DNA from: a virus
Taxonomy: Duplodnaviria; Caudoviricetes
DNA: 64,000 bases
IMG/VR virus record: IMGVR_UViG_3300035497_000162
Location: 1 to 64,000 of that record
Direction: 5' to 3' (one strand)
The position numbers were made by a program, and so were the translations under genes. Of this stretch, positions 10,297 through 21,088 are shown piece after piece (the first letter of the stretch is position 1; the number at the start of each line of letters is the position of its first letter). The notes beneath the pieces are model-generated. The model saw only the letters and a program-made list of their open reading frames with translations, was not told the origin of the DNA and searched no databases.

Positions 10297-11235
10297 GTGA
10301 TTTACTTGAATTTATATAAAAAATCTAGGAAAGAAAAAATGATATACATTTCTAAATTTGTAACTAATAATACTAATTTAGAGAGAAAATGTCAAATTTG
10401 TAGTAATTATGCTAATATAGTACATAATGAAAAAGACCCATATAATATACAAATATTATGCACAACTTGTAGAACTAGTTTAGAAAAAGATTCTACTAAA
10501 ATGTATATAGGTATTCCATTAATAGATGTAAGAGATTATATAATCGAGAGCCATCCAAATTTAAAAAATAGAGCATATAAATTAGATAATAAAGTTATTA
10601 AATTAGTTGAAGATATTCTTAACACTGATATATCTAGAAATAATCTACCTGTAAAATTAGGAGTATCAGAACGATATATAGAAGATGCTATAGATTTATA
10701 TTCTAAAGAGGTAGATCCTGATATTAGAAATAAAATAGATGAAAGATTAGAGTATAATAGATTAGCTATATTAAAGAATACTAAGCAAAGAGATGAAATA
10801 AAGGTAAATACATATAATAATTTAACTAAGTTGAAAGTGGAAAGAGGTCTTTCTAATAGAGAAATACAAAGTTTATCTAATAATAAAATCTATGGGAGCC
10901 ATGTATCATTAATATGTAGTGGTAAGGTTGACCCTAATATAGAAACTAAATGTATATTAGCTGAGTTATTTAATGTATCTGTAGCTGATATATTTCCAGA
11001 TGATTATTTATTCAATAATATATATAATTATAATGATTATATAAATCTTAATAAAAAAGCTAAAAATAGATTAAAAGAATATAGACAATCTAATAATATT
11101 AATATAATTACTTTATCTAAAAGTTTAGATATTAAATATAATACACTATATGATTTTATAACTAAAGATAGATTTAATTTAAATCATGATAATTTATTAA
11201 AAGTAAACAATTTTTTAAAAGGAGAACTATTATGA
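10297..11235 (+). CDS. multi-HTH transcriptional regulator with N-terminal CxxC/CxxC
   Basis: CQIC...CTTC; XRE HTH NLTKLKVERGLS...P.IETKCILAELFNVSVADIF. Confidence 0.7.
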   Translation: MIYLNLYKKSRKEKMIYISKFVTNNTNLERKCQICSNYANIVHNEKDPYNIQILCTTCRTSLEKDSTKMYIGIPLIDVRDYIIESHPNLKNRAYKLDNKVIKLVEDILNTDISRNNLPVKLGVSERYIEDAIDLYSKEVDPDIRNKIDERLEYNRLAILKNTKQRDEIKVNTYNNLTKLKVERGLSNREIQSLSNNKIYGSHVSLICSGKVDPNIETKCILAELFNVSVADIFPDDYLFNNIYNYNDYINLNKKAKNRLKEYRQSNNINIITLSKSLDIKYNTLYDFITKDRFNLNHDNLLKVNNFLKGELL

Positions 11236-11786
11236 GAGATATAGAAGAAATATTAAAGGATAAAAGAATTAAAAATATTTGGAGAAATGTTCAAAATGAT
11301 AAAGCTATTCAATTAAAATTAGATGTTTATTCTGTATATAACAATAAAATAGCTTTAGCTAAATTTACTAAAGCTTTAGGTTGGGAACATTTAAGTATTT
11401 CATTTTCAGATGAAACTCCTTCTTGGGATTTTACTCAAGAAATGAAAGAATTATTTTGGAAGGATGATGAAGTTTGTTATCAGCTACATCCAACCAAAGA
11501 TAATTATATTAACAATGATGAACACTGTCTCCATTTATGGAAACCTATAGATGAAGAAATACCTTTACCTCCACCTATATTAGTTGGGTTTAGAAAAGGC
11601 CATGAAGAAGATAAAGCTATTCTTAAACAGGTACAAGAAGAATTAGGTAACCCTATGACTGATGAAGAAATAGATTTTATGTATCAAGTTTCCTTTAATA
11701 ATAAAGAAGAAATAGAAAAAATTATTGAAGGTTTAAGTCTAGAACAAGCAGTGAATTTACTCATTAATGGTAGATTTAACAAGTAA
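11232..11786 (+). CDS. conserved phage protein
   Basis: GWEHLSIS...PSWD...QLHP...HCLHLW motif common in phages. Confidence 0.65.
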   Translation: MRDIEEILKDKRIKNIWRNVQNDKAIQLKLDVYSVYNNKIALAKFTKALGWEHLSISFSDETPSWDFTQEMKELFWKDDEVCYQLHPTKDNYINNDEHCLHLWKPIDEEIPLPPPILVGFRKGHEEDKAILKQVQEELGNPMTDEEIDFMYQVSFNNKEEIEKIIEGLSLEQAVNLLINGRFNK

Positions 11787-11818
11787 CTAAACAGAATAAT
11801 AAAATTGTTAAAAATCTA

Positions 11819-11847
11819 TTTACATTAAATAATTATTGTGATATATT
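11819..11847 (+). promoter_or_regulatory. sigmaA-like promoter of guide cassette 1
   Basis: TTTACA-17 nt-TATATT with TG extension. Confidence 0.6.
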
Positions 11848-11859
11848 AAATATAATATT

Positions 11860-11929
11860 GAGGTAGTTTATACCTTTAAAGTACATCGTTACTCATATAG
11901 AGTTTAGGTGTAAAGTTATGTTATTTGAA
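11860..11929 (+). ncRNA. TnpB-type guide scaffold (omegaRNA/tracr-like), cassette 1
   Basis: GAGGTAGTTTATACCT hairpin, TACAT...GTGTA stem, anti-repeat TTATGTTATTT; conserved at five loci. Confidence 0.75.
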
Positions 11930-12139
11930 GTTTTATATGTATATAAAATAACATAGTAATAAAACGATGGCATTCTCATTTTTTCTAAGTTTTATATGTA
12001 TATAAAATAACATAGTAATAAAACTAAGTATCTTCTTCTCGTATGTTTTTCTATGTTTTACATGTATATTAAATAACATAGTAATAAACTTTTGAAAATA
12101 ATTAATATTATATATTAAAAATAACATAATAGTAAAAAC
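11930..12139 (+). CRISPR. mini CRISPR array 1: three 36-nt repeats plus a degenerate terminal copy
   Basis: GTTTTATATGTATATAAAATAACATAGTAATAAAAC at 11930-11965, 11989-12024 and variant 12055-12090; spacers 23 and 30 nt. Confidence 0.9.
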
Positions 12140-12208
12140 AAAGACTGGTTTAATAGCATAAAATAAATAGTAACTATCTATTATAAATTATAAATTATAA
12201 CTATAGAG

Positions 12209-12324
12209 TTGAGGTAGCAAAGTTCTTAATACTTATAATTTCAAAAACGAATTAATCGTTTACTTCTTTTAACCCTAACGATGACTCTCATTAAGAATAC
12301 TCAAAGTACGAGTAGCACTCGTAC
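12209..12324 (+). ncRNA. candidate structured RNA
   Basis: Nested inverted repeats TTGAG/CTCAA, TTCTTAAT/ATTAAGAA, ATCGTT/AACGAT, then hairpin GTACGAGT/ACTCGTAC. Confidence 0.35.
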
Positions 12325-12408
12325 AGCTTGTAAATATTTTGTTTAATAGATAGATACTTTTTCCCTATTAGTATCTATCTATTTTATTATTTTATAGGAG
12401 GTGACATT

Positions 12409-12738
12409 TTGAAATTAACAAGAGAAATAAAGAATTTAATTATTTATAATATAGTATCTGATAGTTTATTTAAGTTACATACAAGTCAGATGCTATTCCA
12501 GTGTGTATTAATTGCTATAGTGATAATATTTGATAATATCATAGTTTCTATATTTTTAGACTTAGATGAACAAGCAAAATTTATTATTACTATTATGAAT
12601 TTTATATTATCACTTATATCTATTATTAATACTACTGTATTTTCATATATTTGGAAAAAAAGTAATAAGAATTTATATAATTTTTTTGAAACATTAGAAA
12701 GAGTAGAAGAAGGAGAGGAGACAGAAGAAAATGATTAG
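12409..12738 (+). CDS. two-TM membrane protein
   Basis: Two hydrophobic segments; GGAGG RBS. Confidence 0.6.
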   Translation: MKLTREIKNLIIYNIVSDSLFKLHTSQMLFQCVLIAIVIIFDNIIVSIFLDLDEQAKFIITIMNFILSLISIINTTVFSYIWKKSNKNLYNFFETLERVEEGEETEEND

Positions 12739-12940
12739 AGAAGATTGTTTCGCTTATAATAGTGAACTTAATGAGTGTAATTGTTTAACTACTTTAGTAT
12801 GTAAAAAGAAAGATTGTTCTTTTTATACTAATAGAGAAGAGGTATCTTTAAAATCTATAGAAAATGCTATAAATGGATATTCAGCTAAGAGCCTTAAAAA
12901 ACTTAATAAAAGTGAGGACTACTATGAAGAAAACCAGTAA
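12731..12940 (+). CDS. small Cys-rich protein
   Basis: DCFAY...C.CL..L.C....CSFY motif. Confidence 0.6.
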   Translation: MIREDCFAYNSELNECNCLTTLVCKKKDCSFYTNREEVSLKSIENAINGYSAKSLKKLNKSEDYYEENQ

Positions 12941-13280
12941 AAGAACATATATGTTAAAAAAATTAGAGCTTAAATTTTTAAGACTTGTTATAGATGAATT
13001 AGATAAAGATACTTGGGATGAAACTAGTTTAAATAAAATATATAAAAATTTTTTAAAATTTAGTAAAAAGATAGAAACAGATGAGCTTAGTCTTTTAAGA
13101 TTTGGAGAAGTCTTTTTAAGAGAATGTATTAATGTTACTACTATAAATAAAGATAATTCTAAAAGTATTATATTAAGTATATTAAACAATATAGAAGAAC
13201 TAGAAATTCCAGTAGTAATAGTTATGATAGCTGCGATAGTTAAACTATCTTTATGTAACGATGAAAATAAGGAGGATTAA
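12924..13280 (+). CDS. hypothetical protein
   Basis: ORF; ATG 12924 follows GAGG. Confidence 0.55.
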   Translation: MKKTSKRTYMLKKLELKFLRLVIDELDKDTWDETSLNKIYKNFLKFSKKIETDELSLLRFGEVFLRECINVTTINKDNSKSIILSILNNIEELEIPVVIVMIAAIVKLSLCNDENKED

Positions 13281-13282
13281 TT

Positions 13283-14374
13283 ATGATTTGCCCAGATTGT
13301 GAACTATCTGTAATTAGATTAACTAGTAATAATAGATGTTTTAATTGTGATCGTAGAGCGTCTAGTATTACATATAGAAATAAAGTAAATAATAAAGATG
13401 ATATTTATATCCCTATAAAAGAGCTAAAAAATATTAACCCAATAGAGTATAATAGATCTATGGGTAGAAGGATAGCTAAATTTAATAAAGAACACCCTGA
13501 TAATACTCTAACTTTAGAAGATGTAAAAAATGGATTAGTAAAAGATATATATGATACTAAAGAGCCTATTAAATCAAATAAAACTAAAAAATCTATTGAC
13601 AAGACTAAAGATATTAATGCTTTAAGAAATAAATATTATTCTGTAGTAGCAAAGGATTTAAATACAGCTTTTGATGATGCTAAATTATCTTTAGATTATT
13701 TATCTAATAAAAACTTAGATTCTTGGGTGGAAACTTTATATTGTTTGGTTCAAGAAGATAATTTTATTACAGATGCTAAAAAAGCAGAACAGATTTATAA
13801 TAACCTAAAGAATACATATAATCATGCTTTAGAAAGTTTATCTTGGGATAGTATAGATGAAATAACTAATGTTAATTTTTCTTTAAAAGCATTATCTGAA
13901 CTTAGACGTCCAACTAAAGAATTATTAGATTTTTATAATGTAATAGGACCTTTAATAGAATATTTAAAACAAGATAGTAATTTTATGTCTATTTTATCTG
14001 ATATACGAATTAAAGTACTTCAAAAGTCTGATAATCATGAGAACCCTGTATATTATTCTAGTATAGAATCTAATGTAACTAAAAACATTGATAACATAGT
14101 AACTGATAAATCTAATATCAAACGTGTTAAATTATACGACTGTACTGTATATTGTTATAATTTAAATGGTGACATTAATCGTAGATTATTTAGAATGAAT
14201 AATGGATTATATGCTAAAAATTTTACAGACGCTAAATTAAATTTTAAAAGGTTTTTATCAGAAAAATTTTCTAATGTTACTTATAGAGATCAAGATATTA
14301 GTATAGAAGAAGTAGATTCTATAGATACTATAAAGAAACGAATTTTAAGTGACCATAAATATATTAATAAATAA
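13283..14374 (+). CDS. hypothetical protein with N-terminal zinc ribbon
   Basis: CPDC...CFNC. Confidence 0.65.
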   Translation: MICPDCELSVIRLTSNNRCFNCDRRASSITYRNKVNNKDDIYIPIKELKNINPIEYNRSMGRRIAKFNKEHPDNTLTLEDVKNGLVKDIYDTKEPIKSNKTKKSIDKTKDINALRNKYYSVVAKDLNTAFDDAKLSLDYLSNKNLDSWVETLYCLVQEDNFITDAKKAEQIYNNLKNTYNHALESLSWDSIDEITNVNFSLKALSELRRPTKELLDFYNVIGPLIEYLKQDSNFMSILSDIRIKVLQKSDNHENPVYYSSIESNVTKNIDNIVTDKSNIKRVKLYDCTVYCYNLNGDINRRLFRMNNGLYAKNFTDAKLNFKRFLSEKFSNVTYRDQDISIEEVDSIDTIKKRILSDHKYINK

Positions 14375-14377
14375 TAC

Positions 14378-14459
14378 TAGAATGAAGATATAGACATTTT
14401 AATATTAAAGTAATGAAATTATATTACTTAATATATAAAGTGTCTTAAAATTCATTCTA
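14378..14459. repeat. dispersed 82-bp imperfect palindrome, reference copy
   Basis: TAGAATGAA..AGACATTTTA..AAGTAAT/ATTACTT..TAAAGTGTCT..TTCATTCTA; near-identical at 60258-60338 and 58774-58862. Confidence 0.85.
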
Positions 14460-14475
14460 ATAAGGAGGATAAATA

Positions 14476-14859
14476 ATGTTAACTGTAAATATTATAAATG
14501 AAGATACGAAAGAAATAGAACAATCTTTTAATAAAGTTCCATTTTTAATACTTGCAACAGATTGTAATTCTATTATATGTGGCTCTAATTTTGATTTTTC
14601 AGATTTAATATATGGAGTATCAGAACTTATATGTTCTATGTATGATGTATATTCTGACCATATTGATAAGATGAAAACAAGTTCTTTTGATGATATGCTA
14701 AATAGAATAATTAATACAGCTAAACTTAATAGACATAAACATTCATTAGATATAAATATTGAAACTGAAGATGGAAATAATATAAATTTTAATATACTTG
14801 ATTTAATAGACCAAATGATAGATTTAGAATTAGGAAATACTACTAATACTGATGAATAA
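14476..14859 (+). CDS. hypothetical protein
   Basis: ORF with AAGGAGG RBS. Confidence 0.6.
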   Translation: MLTVNIINEDTKEIEQSFNKVPFLILATDCNSIICGSNFDFSDLIYGVSELICSMYDVYSDHIDKMKTSSFDDMLNRIINTAKLNRHKHSLDINIETEDGNNINFNILDLIDQMIDLELGNTTNTDE

Positions 14860-15136
14860 TTTATAAAATTAAATACTAAAAATTATAATTATATAAAATG
14901 AGTAGCATAATATTTATTATGAGCTACTCATTTTATTTTTATAAGGAGGTATTAAATGAACACAGAATTAGTCAAAGAATCTATAGAATTTATGAAACTT
15001 AGTAGAGCTAGAAATATTAAATATATGGACCCAGTTAAAAACTTAGGATTTTCTATAGAAACTTTAAAACACTGGGATAAACTGTATGACTTTATTATTA
15101 AAACTTTAGAGGATAAATTAAACTAGGAGGTGTAAT

Positions 15137-15709
15137 ATGGATAAACTTTCATTAGAAACAATACGAAATGCTCAACCACTAAAAAGGTTACTTTGGAATT
15201 TAAAAGATGAAGAGCCTGAGATGTTTAATAAAATTAAATCTTCTAATTATAATTTAGACGTTAGATTAGACTATAATAATAGCTTTATATTAATTTCTAA
15301 TGAACAAATTTATAAAACATATTCTATATTTGGATTAATGAGTAATTACAAAAGAAACGTTAAGTACTCAGTAATAGATATTAATATGATACTATCTGTT
15401 TGGTATAATGAATCAGAAATTAAAAAAGATGATATATTAAAAAGTCAAATTTTAATAATACATGGTAAAGCTAATAATAAATTTCATGAAAATATAGACG
15501 ATGTTTTAGCTGAAATTTATAGCATTAGAAATACGATGATGAAATGTACTTGGATATATCTTATAGAAGATTATTCTGAAGATTTAGATTCATTATATCC
15601 TAAAATAACTAGTATGATTAAAAAAGTAACTCATGTTAAAGTTACACCTAATAAAATAGAGAATGAACAGGAGAAGGTATCTGATGGAGAAAGTAAAGAT
15701 GGAAACTGA
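15137..15709 (+). CDS. hypothetical protein, possible helicase loader by position
   Basis: ORF overlapping the start of the helicase gene; function not recognised. Confidence 0.5.
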   Translation: MDKLSLETIRNAQPLKRLLWNLKDEEPEMFNKIKSSNYNLDVRLDYNNSFILISNEQIYKTYSIFGLMSNYKRNVKYSVIDINMILSVWYNESEIKKDDILKSQILIIHGKANNKFHENIDDVLAEIYSIRNTMMKCTWIYLIEDYSEDLDSLYPKITSMIKKVTHVKVTPNKIENEQEKVSDGESKDGN

Positions 15710-17132
15710 TTTAAGACTAGAGAACATTTTCGTATCTCTAAATCCTAATACTTTAAATAAATTAGACGATCTATTAAATACTAAAGAATTAGAACTATCT
15801 GACAAAAGTTCATTAGATAAGTATATTTTACTAACTAATCAAATTCAAAGAACCCCTAGTATAGAAATACTTAAAAAAGAATTTCCAGACTTATATTTCG
15901 ATAATGTGGAAATTCTCTCTGAAAATGAAATAGATGATTATATTAGATTATTTATATCAAATGTAAAAAATTTAGCTATTTCTAGAAAACTAGTAAATAT
16001 AGCTTCTCAAATTAGAACTAGTGGTATTAATGAACATATTATTAATGATTTAGATAATATTACTAAATCTGATGTAGTATCTATTCCATATAGTGATATT
16101 GGTAATTCTATATTAGATGTTTATAAACAGAAAGTAAATGAAGATGGTATAAAAACTGGTGTAAATTCTGTAAATAAAGATACTGGTGGTCTACATCCTG
16201 GAACTCTTACTACTATGTTAGGTTTTACAGGAAATTTTAAAACTACCTGGGCACTAAATGTTGCTTATAATGCTATTATAGATGGATTTAACGTCTTATA
16301 CTTATCTTTAGAAGTAACTAAAGAAAACATATATTACAATATGTTAAGTAGACACTCACTTAATAAAGAATTTAGTAAGAAAATAGAGCACCTAGATTTA
16401 AAAAGAAAAACTTTAAAAGATGAAGATTTTAAGTATCTTGAAGATAATATTTATCCAGACTTTAAAAATAAAGCTAAAGGCCTATTTATTATAGATGAAA
16501 CTGAGTTAGAAAATTATAGTTTTTTCTCTTTACAGAATAAATTTATAGAAATAGAAAAATTAGCTATACAGAATACTGGCAAAGGTATAGATTTAATAGT
16601 TATAGACCATGCTCAATTACTTAAATTCGATAATTCTATGAAAGGTATAGGTAATGAAACTAATGTAGTTAATGCTTATGTATCTTTTTTTAGACAACAA
16701 GTATTAAATTGGTGTAAAACTGGTAGACAAATAGCTGGGTTAATATTATCACAAGCATCTAGAGAAGGTTGGAAAGACGCCGTTAGAAATGAAGGTCAAT
16801 ATAAACTTACGGCTTTAGCAGAAGCTAATGAACTAGAACGTGCTAGTAGCTTAGTATTATCTGTATATAGTTCTAATTCTTTAAAACAGATTAAAGCAGC
16901 TAAAATACAAATACTTAAAAATAGAGACGGACAGGCTTGGTCAGAACCTCAAGAAGTATTTGTAGATCCTGCATATTATATGTTTGGTGATTCTTCTGAG
17001 AATGAATCTACTTCTACTAACTTTAATATGGAAGATCTAGGTAGTTTATTTAATATGAGTAGTGATAACTTATCAGAATTATCAACCTTATCAGAAGAAG
17101 CTAATATCAATAATATTGACTTAGAAATATAG
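15663..17132 (+). CDS. dnaB: DnaB-like replicative helicase (true start probably slightly downstream)
   Basis: Walker A GFTGNFKT, YLSLE, IVIDHAQLL, LSQASRE, KNRDG. Confidence 0.9.
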   Translation: MNRRRYLMEKVKMETDLRLENIFVSLNPNTLNKLDDLLNTKELELSDKSSLDKYILLTNQIQRTPSIEILKKEFPDLYFDNVEILSENEIDDYIRLFISNVKNLAISRKLVNIASQIRTSGINEHIINDLDNITKSDVVSIPYSDIGNSILDVYKQKVNEDGIKTGVNSVNKDTGGLHPGTLTTMLGFTGNFKTTWALNVAYNAIIDGFNVLYLSLEVTKENIYYNMLSRHSLNKEFSKKIEHLDLKRKTLKDEDFKYLEDNIYPDFKNKAKGLFIIDETELENYSFFSLQNKFIEIEKLAIQNTGKGIDLIVIDHAQLLKFDNSMKGIGNETNVVNAYVSFFRQQVLNWCKTGRQIAGLILSQASREGWKDAVRNEGQYKLTALAEANELERASSLVLSVYSSNSLKQIKAAKIQILKNRDGQAWSEPQEVFVDPAYYMFGDSSENESTSTNFNMEDLGSLFNMSSDNLSELSTLSEEANINNIDLEI

Positions 17133-17141
17133 GAGGCATTT

Positions 17142-17459
17142 ATGAAGGATGATTTTAAAAGTGGTTACTGGAATTATAGAATCATAGAAAATTCTATTGA
17201 AATTCCAGATGTTAATACTATAGAACATTTTTATAATATCCACGAAGTATATTATGATTCTAATGGAGTACCATTTGCATGGTCTAGAGAACCTATGACT
17301 TTATACTTCGAGGATATTAAAGATATAAAAACTAATAAAAGACAAATTAAAAAGGCTTTAAATTCTACAGTATTAACTATAGAAAATGATAACTTAATAG
17401 ATACTAAACTAAAGATTAAGAAATTATTTAAACTAAGAAAGTGTGGTGTTATAGAATGA
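17142..17459 (+). CDS. conserved phage protein
   Basis: WNYRII...IHEVYYD..G.P motif. Confidence 0.65.
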   Translation: MKDDFKSGYWNYRIIENSIEIPDVNTIEHFYNIHEVYYDSNGVPFAWSREPMTLYFEDIKDIKTNKRQIKKALNSTVLTIENDNLIDTKLKIKKLFKLRKCGVIE

Positions 17460-17910
17460 TAAAACATATAGACCTAGCTACTGAAAGATACATAATAAAT
17501 AAATTTATTAGTATGCCTAAGCTATTTAGTGATTTAGATATAGATTATAGAGAAAATGGCAATATGTTTTGTCCTTGAAACTATTTCATCAAAATGAGCA
17601 TACTCCATCTGCTAAGTTATATCACGATGATTATGGATATAGATTATGGTGTTTTTCAGAGGGTAGAATGTATAGCTCCTGGAATGTATATAAAACATTT
17701 TGTAAAAATATAAATACAAATCAGTTAGCTTTATATATACTAAATCATTTATCAGAAGAAGATAGAAATAAAATACTAGAAGATATAGGTAATGAACAAG
17801 AAATAGATTCATTACCTTTTAAAAAAGAATTACTGAATTTTAAAAGAAGCAATATTACTTATAAAGAATTACTTCGTAGAATTTCTAATTATTATATAGA
17901 TGAAACATAA
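17456..17910 (+). CDS. primase-type CHC2 zinc-finger protein interrupted by 8 nt at 17576-17583
   Basis: ...GNMFCP then TGAAACTA then FHQNEHTPSAKLY...WCFS; removing 8 nt gives FCPFH...TPS. Confidence 0.6.
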
Positions 17911-17934
17911 TATTATAGTAAGGAGGTAATAATA

Positions 17935-19959
17935 TTGGGTAAAGTTACAAGTGAATATAAAAGATGGGTACCTAAAGCTGCTCCATCAGAATTATTTCCA
18001 TATGCTTATACTCTAAAATGGATTAAAACTATAGATGAACTAAAAGAAATATTATCACAACCTACAGATTATATGGGTTTTGATACTGAAACTACAGGTC
18101 TTAATCAGGAAGAAATAGATATAGTAGGTTATTCTTTTTGCTTAGATGGAAAAATTGCTTACTACGTACCTGTAAATCATGATAGCTATAAACTAGGTTT
18201 AGAGTCTGTGGATTTAATTTATGAAAAAATGTGTAATACTAAAACAGTAGCTATGTTTAATATGCGATATGATGTTAGAGTACTAGAGTATATAGGTTAT
18301 AAAGAATTATTTAATCAGATACAAGAGAAAGACTATACAGAAGATTTTAATATCTTAGTAAATAAATATATTAGTTTAGGTAAAAAGTGTCCTTATTCTA
18401 ATTCTGATGAGCTTAAAGAAGCTAAAAAATTAGAGCTTAGTAATAGGGCGTTTTATAAGTACGATATGAGTAAAATCAATACCTATGATGTACAAGCTGT
18501 AGTTTATTTAGCTGATACTAATGTAAAATATCCTTCTTTAAAAGCTTCTGAAGAATGGTATCTAGGATGGAGAGGATCTTCATTTGAACAGACAGTATCT
18601 AATGCAGCTGATGAAAGAGCAGTTACTATGAAGAAAGATACTAAAACCGGAGAAATGGTAATTAAAGACATGAATTTCTATTACCTTACCCCAGAAGAAG
18701 CTTATGAATATGCTGCTATAGATGCTTTAGGTACTTATCTATTAGGAATAAAATGTAAACCTTTTTATGATGAAGCTAAAACTTCAGGATGGTTAGATGT
18801 AAACTGTCTAATGCCTTTAACTAGGTTTGAAAACGAGCTTACCCTAATAGATACGAATAGACTAAAACAATATAGTGATAGATTATCTAAAAATATACAA
18901 GATTGCGAAAATAGATGTTGGACTACTGCTGGTAAAGAATTTAATCTAGGTAGTAATAAAGAAACCAATGAAGTACTAAAATCATTAAATATTCATACCG
19001 GTATAGTCACTAAAAGAGGTGAAATGTCTACTAGTAAAGAAGCTATAAAGGGCTGTTTGGATAAACTAGATAAGAATGACCCAGCTAGACAGTTTTTACA
19101 AGATTTAACTAATTATGGTACTTATACTAAACAAAAATCTTCATACATTGATAATATTATAGAAATGTGTGAATCTAATAAACATCATAAAAATAGGCTT
19201 AGATTTAGTTATAAAACTACAGAAGTACCATCTGGTAGACTTGCTGCTGGAGGTGATAAGAAAAATCAATTCTTTGCAAATTGCAATATTCAAAACATTA
19301 CAAAGCCTCATGTAACTAATCATTATAGTATTACTGAAGAACAATGTAAAAAATATTATCCAGATGTATGGGAAGCTTTAGATAATTCAGGTACTAGAGA
19401 AGAATGTAGTACTCCATTATATTATTATGACAAAGAAAAATTAAATAAATATCTTATAGATGCTGGTATAGATATAGCTAATTATAAAATAGAAGGTAAT
19501 AGATGGAGTTATAGAATTTATGGATATGTATTTTCAGAACAACCTTGGATTATCCCTGAAGAAGAACTAGTAGTAGAAGGATTTATTCAAGACTTAAATA
19601 TAAGAAGTTGTTTTTTACCAGATGATGATTATTACTGGGTAAGTTGTGTAGATACTAATTCTATTGTTGAAATTGAAACTGGAGAAAAAGTACCTATATC
19701 ATTTTTTAATAATATAGAAAATAGAAACAATCATAAAATTAAGAGCTTAAATACATACCATAAGGTAGAGCACTACTTCGATAAAGGTCAACAAAATAAA
19801 TGTATATTAAAAACTAAATTAGGTAAATCTTTAAATTGCACCAAAGACCATAGATTTTATGTACTTGACGAAGATGGAGAACTTTTACTTAAAACTTTTT
19901 CCGAATTAAACATTGACGACTACATAATATCTATAGAGGAGGATGAAAATAATGAATAA
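17935..19959 (+). CDS. polA: DNA polymerase A, N-terminal part (3'-5' exonuclease, thumb) ending in N-half of a split intein
   Basis: GFDTETTG, FNMRYD, YAAIDA, FNLGS, SGRL, NIQNI, IRSCFLP. Confidence 0.9.
   Translation: MGKVTSEYKRWVPKAAPSELFPYAYTLKWIKTIDELKEILSQPTDYMGFDTETTGLNQEEIDIVGYSFCLDGKIAYYVPVNHDSYKLGLESVDLIYEKMCNTKTVAMFNMRYDVRVLEYIGYKELFNQIQEKDYTEDFNILVNKYISLGKKCPYSNSDELKEAKKLELSNRAFYKYDMSKINTYDVQAVVYLADTNVKYPSLKASEEWYLGWRGSSFEQTVSNAADERAVTMKKDTKTGEMVIKDMNFYYLTPEEAYEYAAIDALGTYLLGIKCKPFYDEAKTSGWLDVNCLMPLTRFENELTLIDTNRLKQYSDRLSKNIQDCENRCWTTAGKEFNLGSNKETNEVLKSLNIHTGIVTKRGEMSTSKEAIKGCLDKLDKNDPARQFLQDLTNYGTYTKQKSSYIDNIIEMCESNKHHKNRLRFSYKTTEVPSGRLAAGGDKKNQFFANCNIQNITKPHVTNHYSITEEQCKKYYPDVWEALDNSGTREECSTPLYYYDKEKLNKYLIDAGIDIANYKIEGNRWSYRIYGYVFSEQPWIIPEEELVVEGFIQDLNIRSCFLPDDDYYWVSCVDTNSIVEIETGEKVPISFFNNIENRNNHKIKSLNTYHKVEHYFDKGQQNKCILKTKLGKSLNCTKDHRFYVLDEDGELLLKTFSELNIDDYIISIEEDENNE
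19645..19956 (+). mobile_element. split intein N-fragment (about 104 aa)
   Basis: Starts CVDTNSIV after YWVS, block B CTKDHRFY, acidic tail EEDENNE-stop. Confidence 0.85.
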
Positions 19960-21088
19960 ATTAAGTAATTTAGATTTTGATAATTATTTAAATGAATTTA
20001 ATATGATACATAATTCTAATTTAATTAGGTTAGAAGAATATAAAGATATACACACTAAATTAGCTATATTAAATAAAGATTATAATTATAAATTTAATCT
20101 CTCATTAAAAGAGCTTAAAAATGCTTTAAAAAATAATAGTGAATTATGTAAGGCAAAACCCTGTCACCATAAAAATTGTAGTTACTCTAAATGTATACAT
20201 CAAGAAGCTTGGGATAATTTTTCTCTTATAAAGAATATATATATAACTTCTAATAATTCACAACAGGAAATAGCAGACTTATTACATATTAGTAAGGAAC
20301 AGGCTCATCACATAATGACTGAGTTAGATTTATTTAATTTATATGGTAAAGATAGGAAACAAAACAAATACTATAAAACTTATTGCTATAATCCATTCTA
20401 TGAATTAGATAGACCTGAAATAAATTGGTTACTAGGTTATATTATGTCTGATGGGAATATTAATATTAGAAACGATAGACAGATTAAAACATTAAATATA
20501 ACTTCAGTAGACCTAGAATTGATTGAATACTGTTGCGATTTATTTAAATTAGATAAAAAACAGATTAAACCAACTTATAATAAAACACTTTGCTATAGGT
20601 TAGATATACCAGATAATAATATCTGTGATAGACTTCTAGAGCTAGGAATAAAACCTAGAAAATCCTATATTGAAACTACTGAAATTAAATTTAATCCATA
20701 CTATAAATTTGACTTTTTACGAGGCCTTTTTGATGGTGATGGCTGTGCATCAAATGGAAATTTTAGTGTTGTAGGTCACCCTTCTTATATAAAATGGCTA
20801 CATGATAACTTCTTTAACTTCACTAGGTTTTATTATAAAACAGGCTCTAAATTAGCATCTATGGAAGTCAGTTCAATACCAAAACTAGTATTTTTATATA
20901 ATAAAATGTATTATAACGATACTGTTCCATGCTTATCTAGAAAGAGAACTAAACTAAAATCAAAAATTAAAGGCCTTAAACTAGATAAAGTCTCAGATTT
21001 AATTTATACTGATGAAATTATTCCAGTATGTGATATTACAGTTCAAGGAGTACATACATTCAATGTAAATGATATTTGGACTAAAAAT
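19952..21088 (+). mobile_element. LAGLIDADG endonuclease fused to split-intein C-fragment
   Basis: WLLGYIMSDG, FLRGLFDGDG; ends VCDITVQGVHTFNVNDIWTKN before extein Cys. Confidence 0.85.

Noticed and set aside
11933-12127. 64-aa minus-strand ORF
   Set aside because: It is the translated shadow of CRISPR array 1
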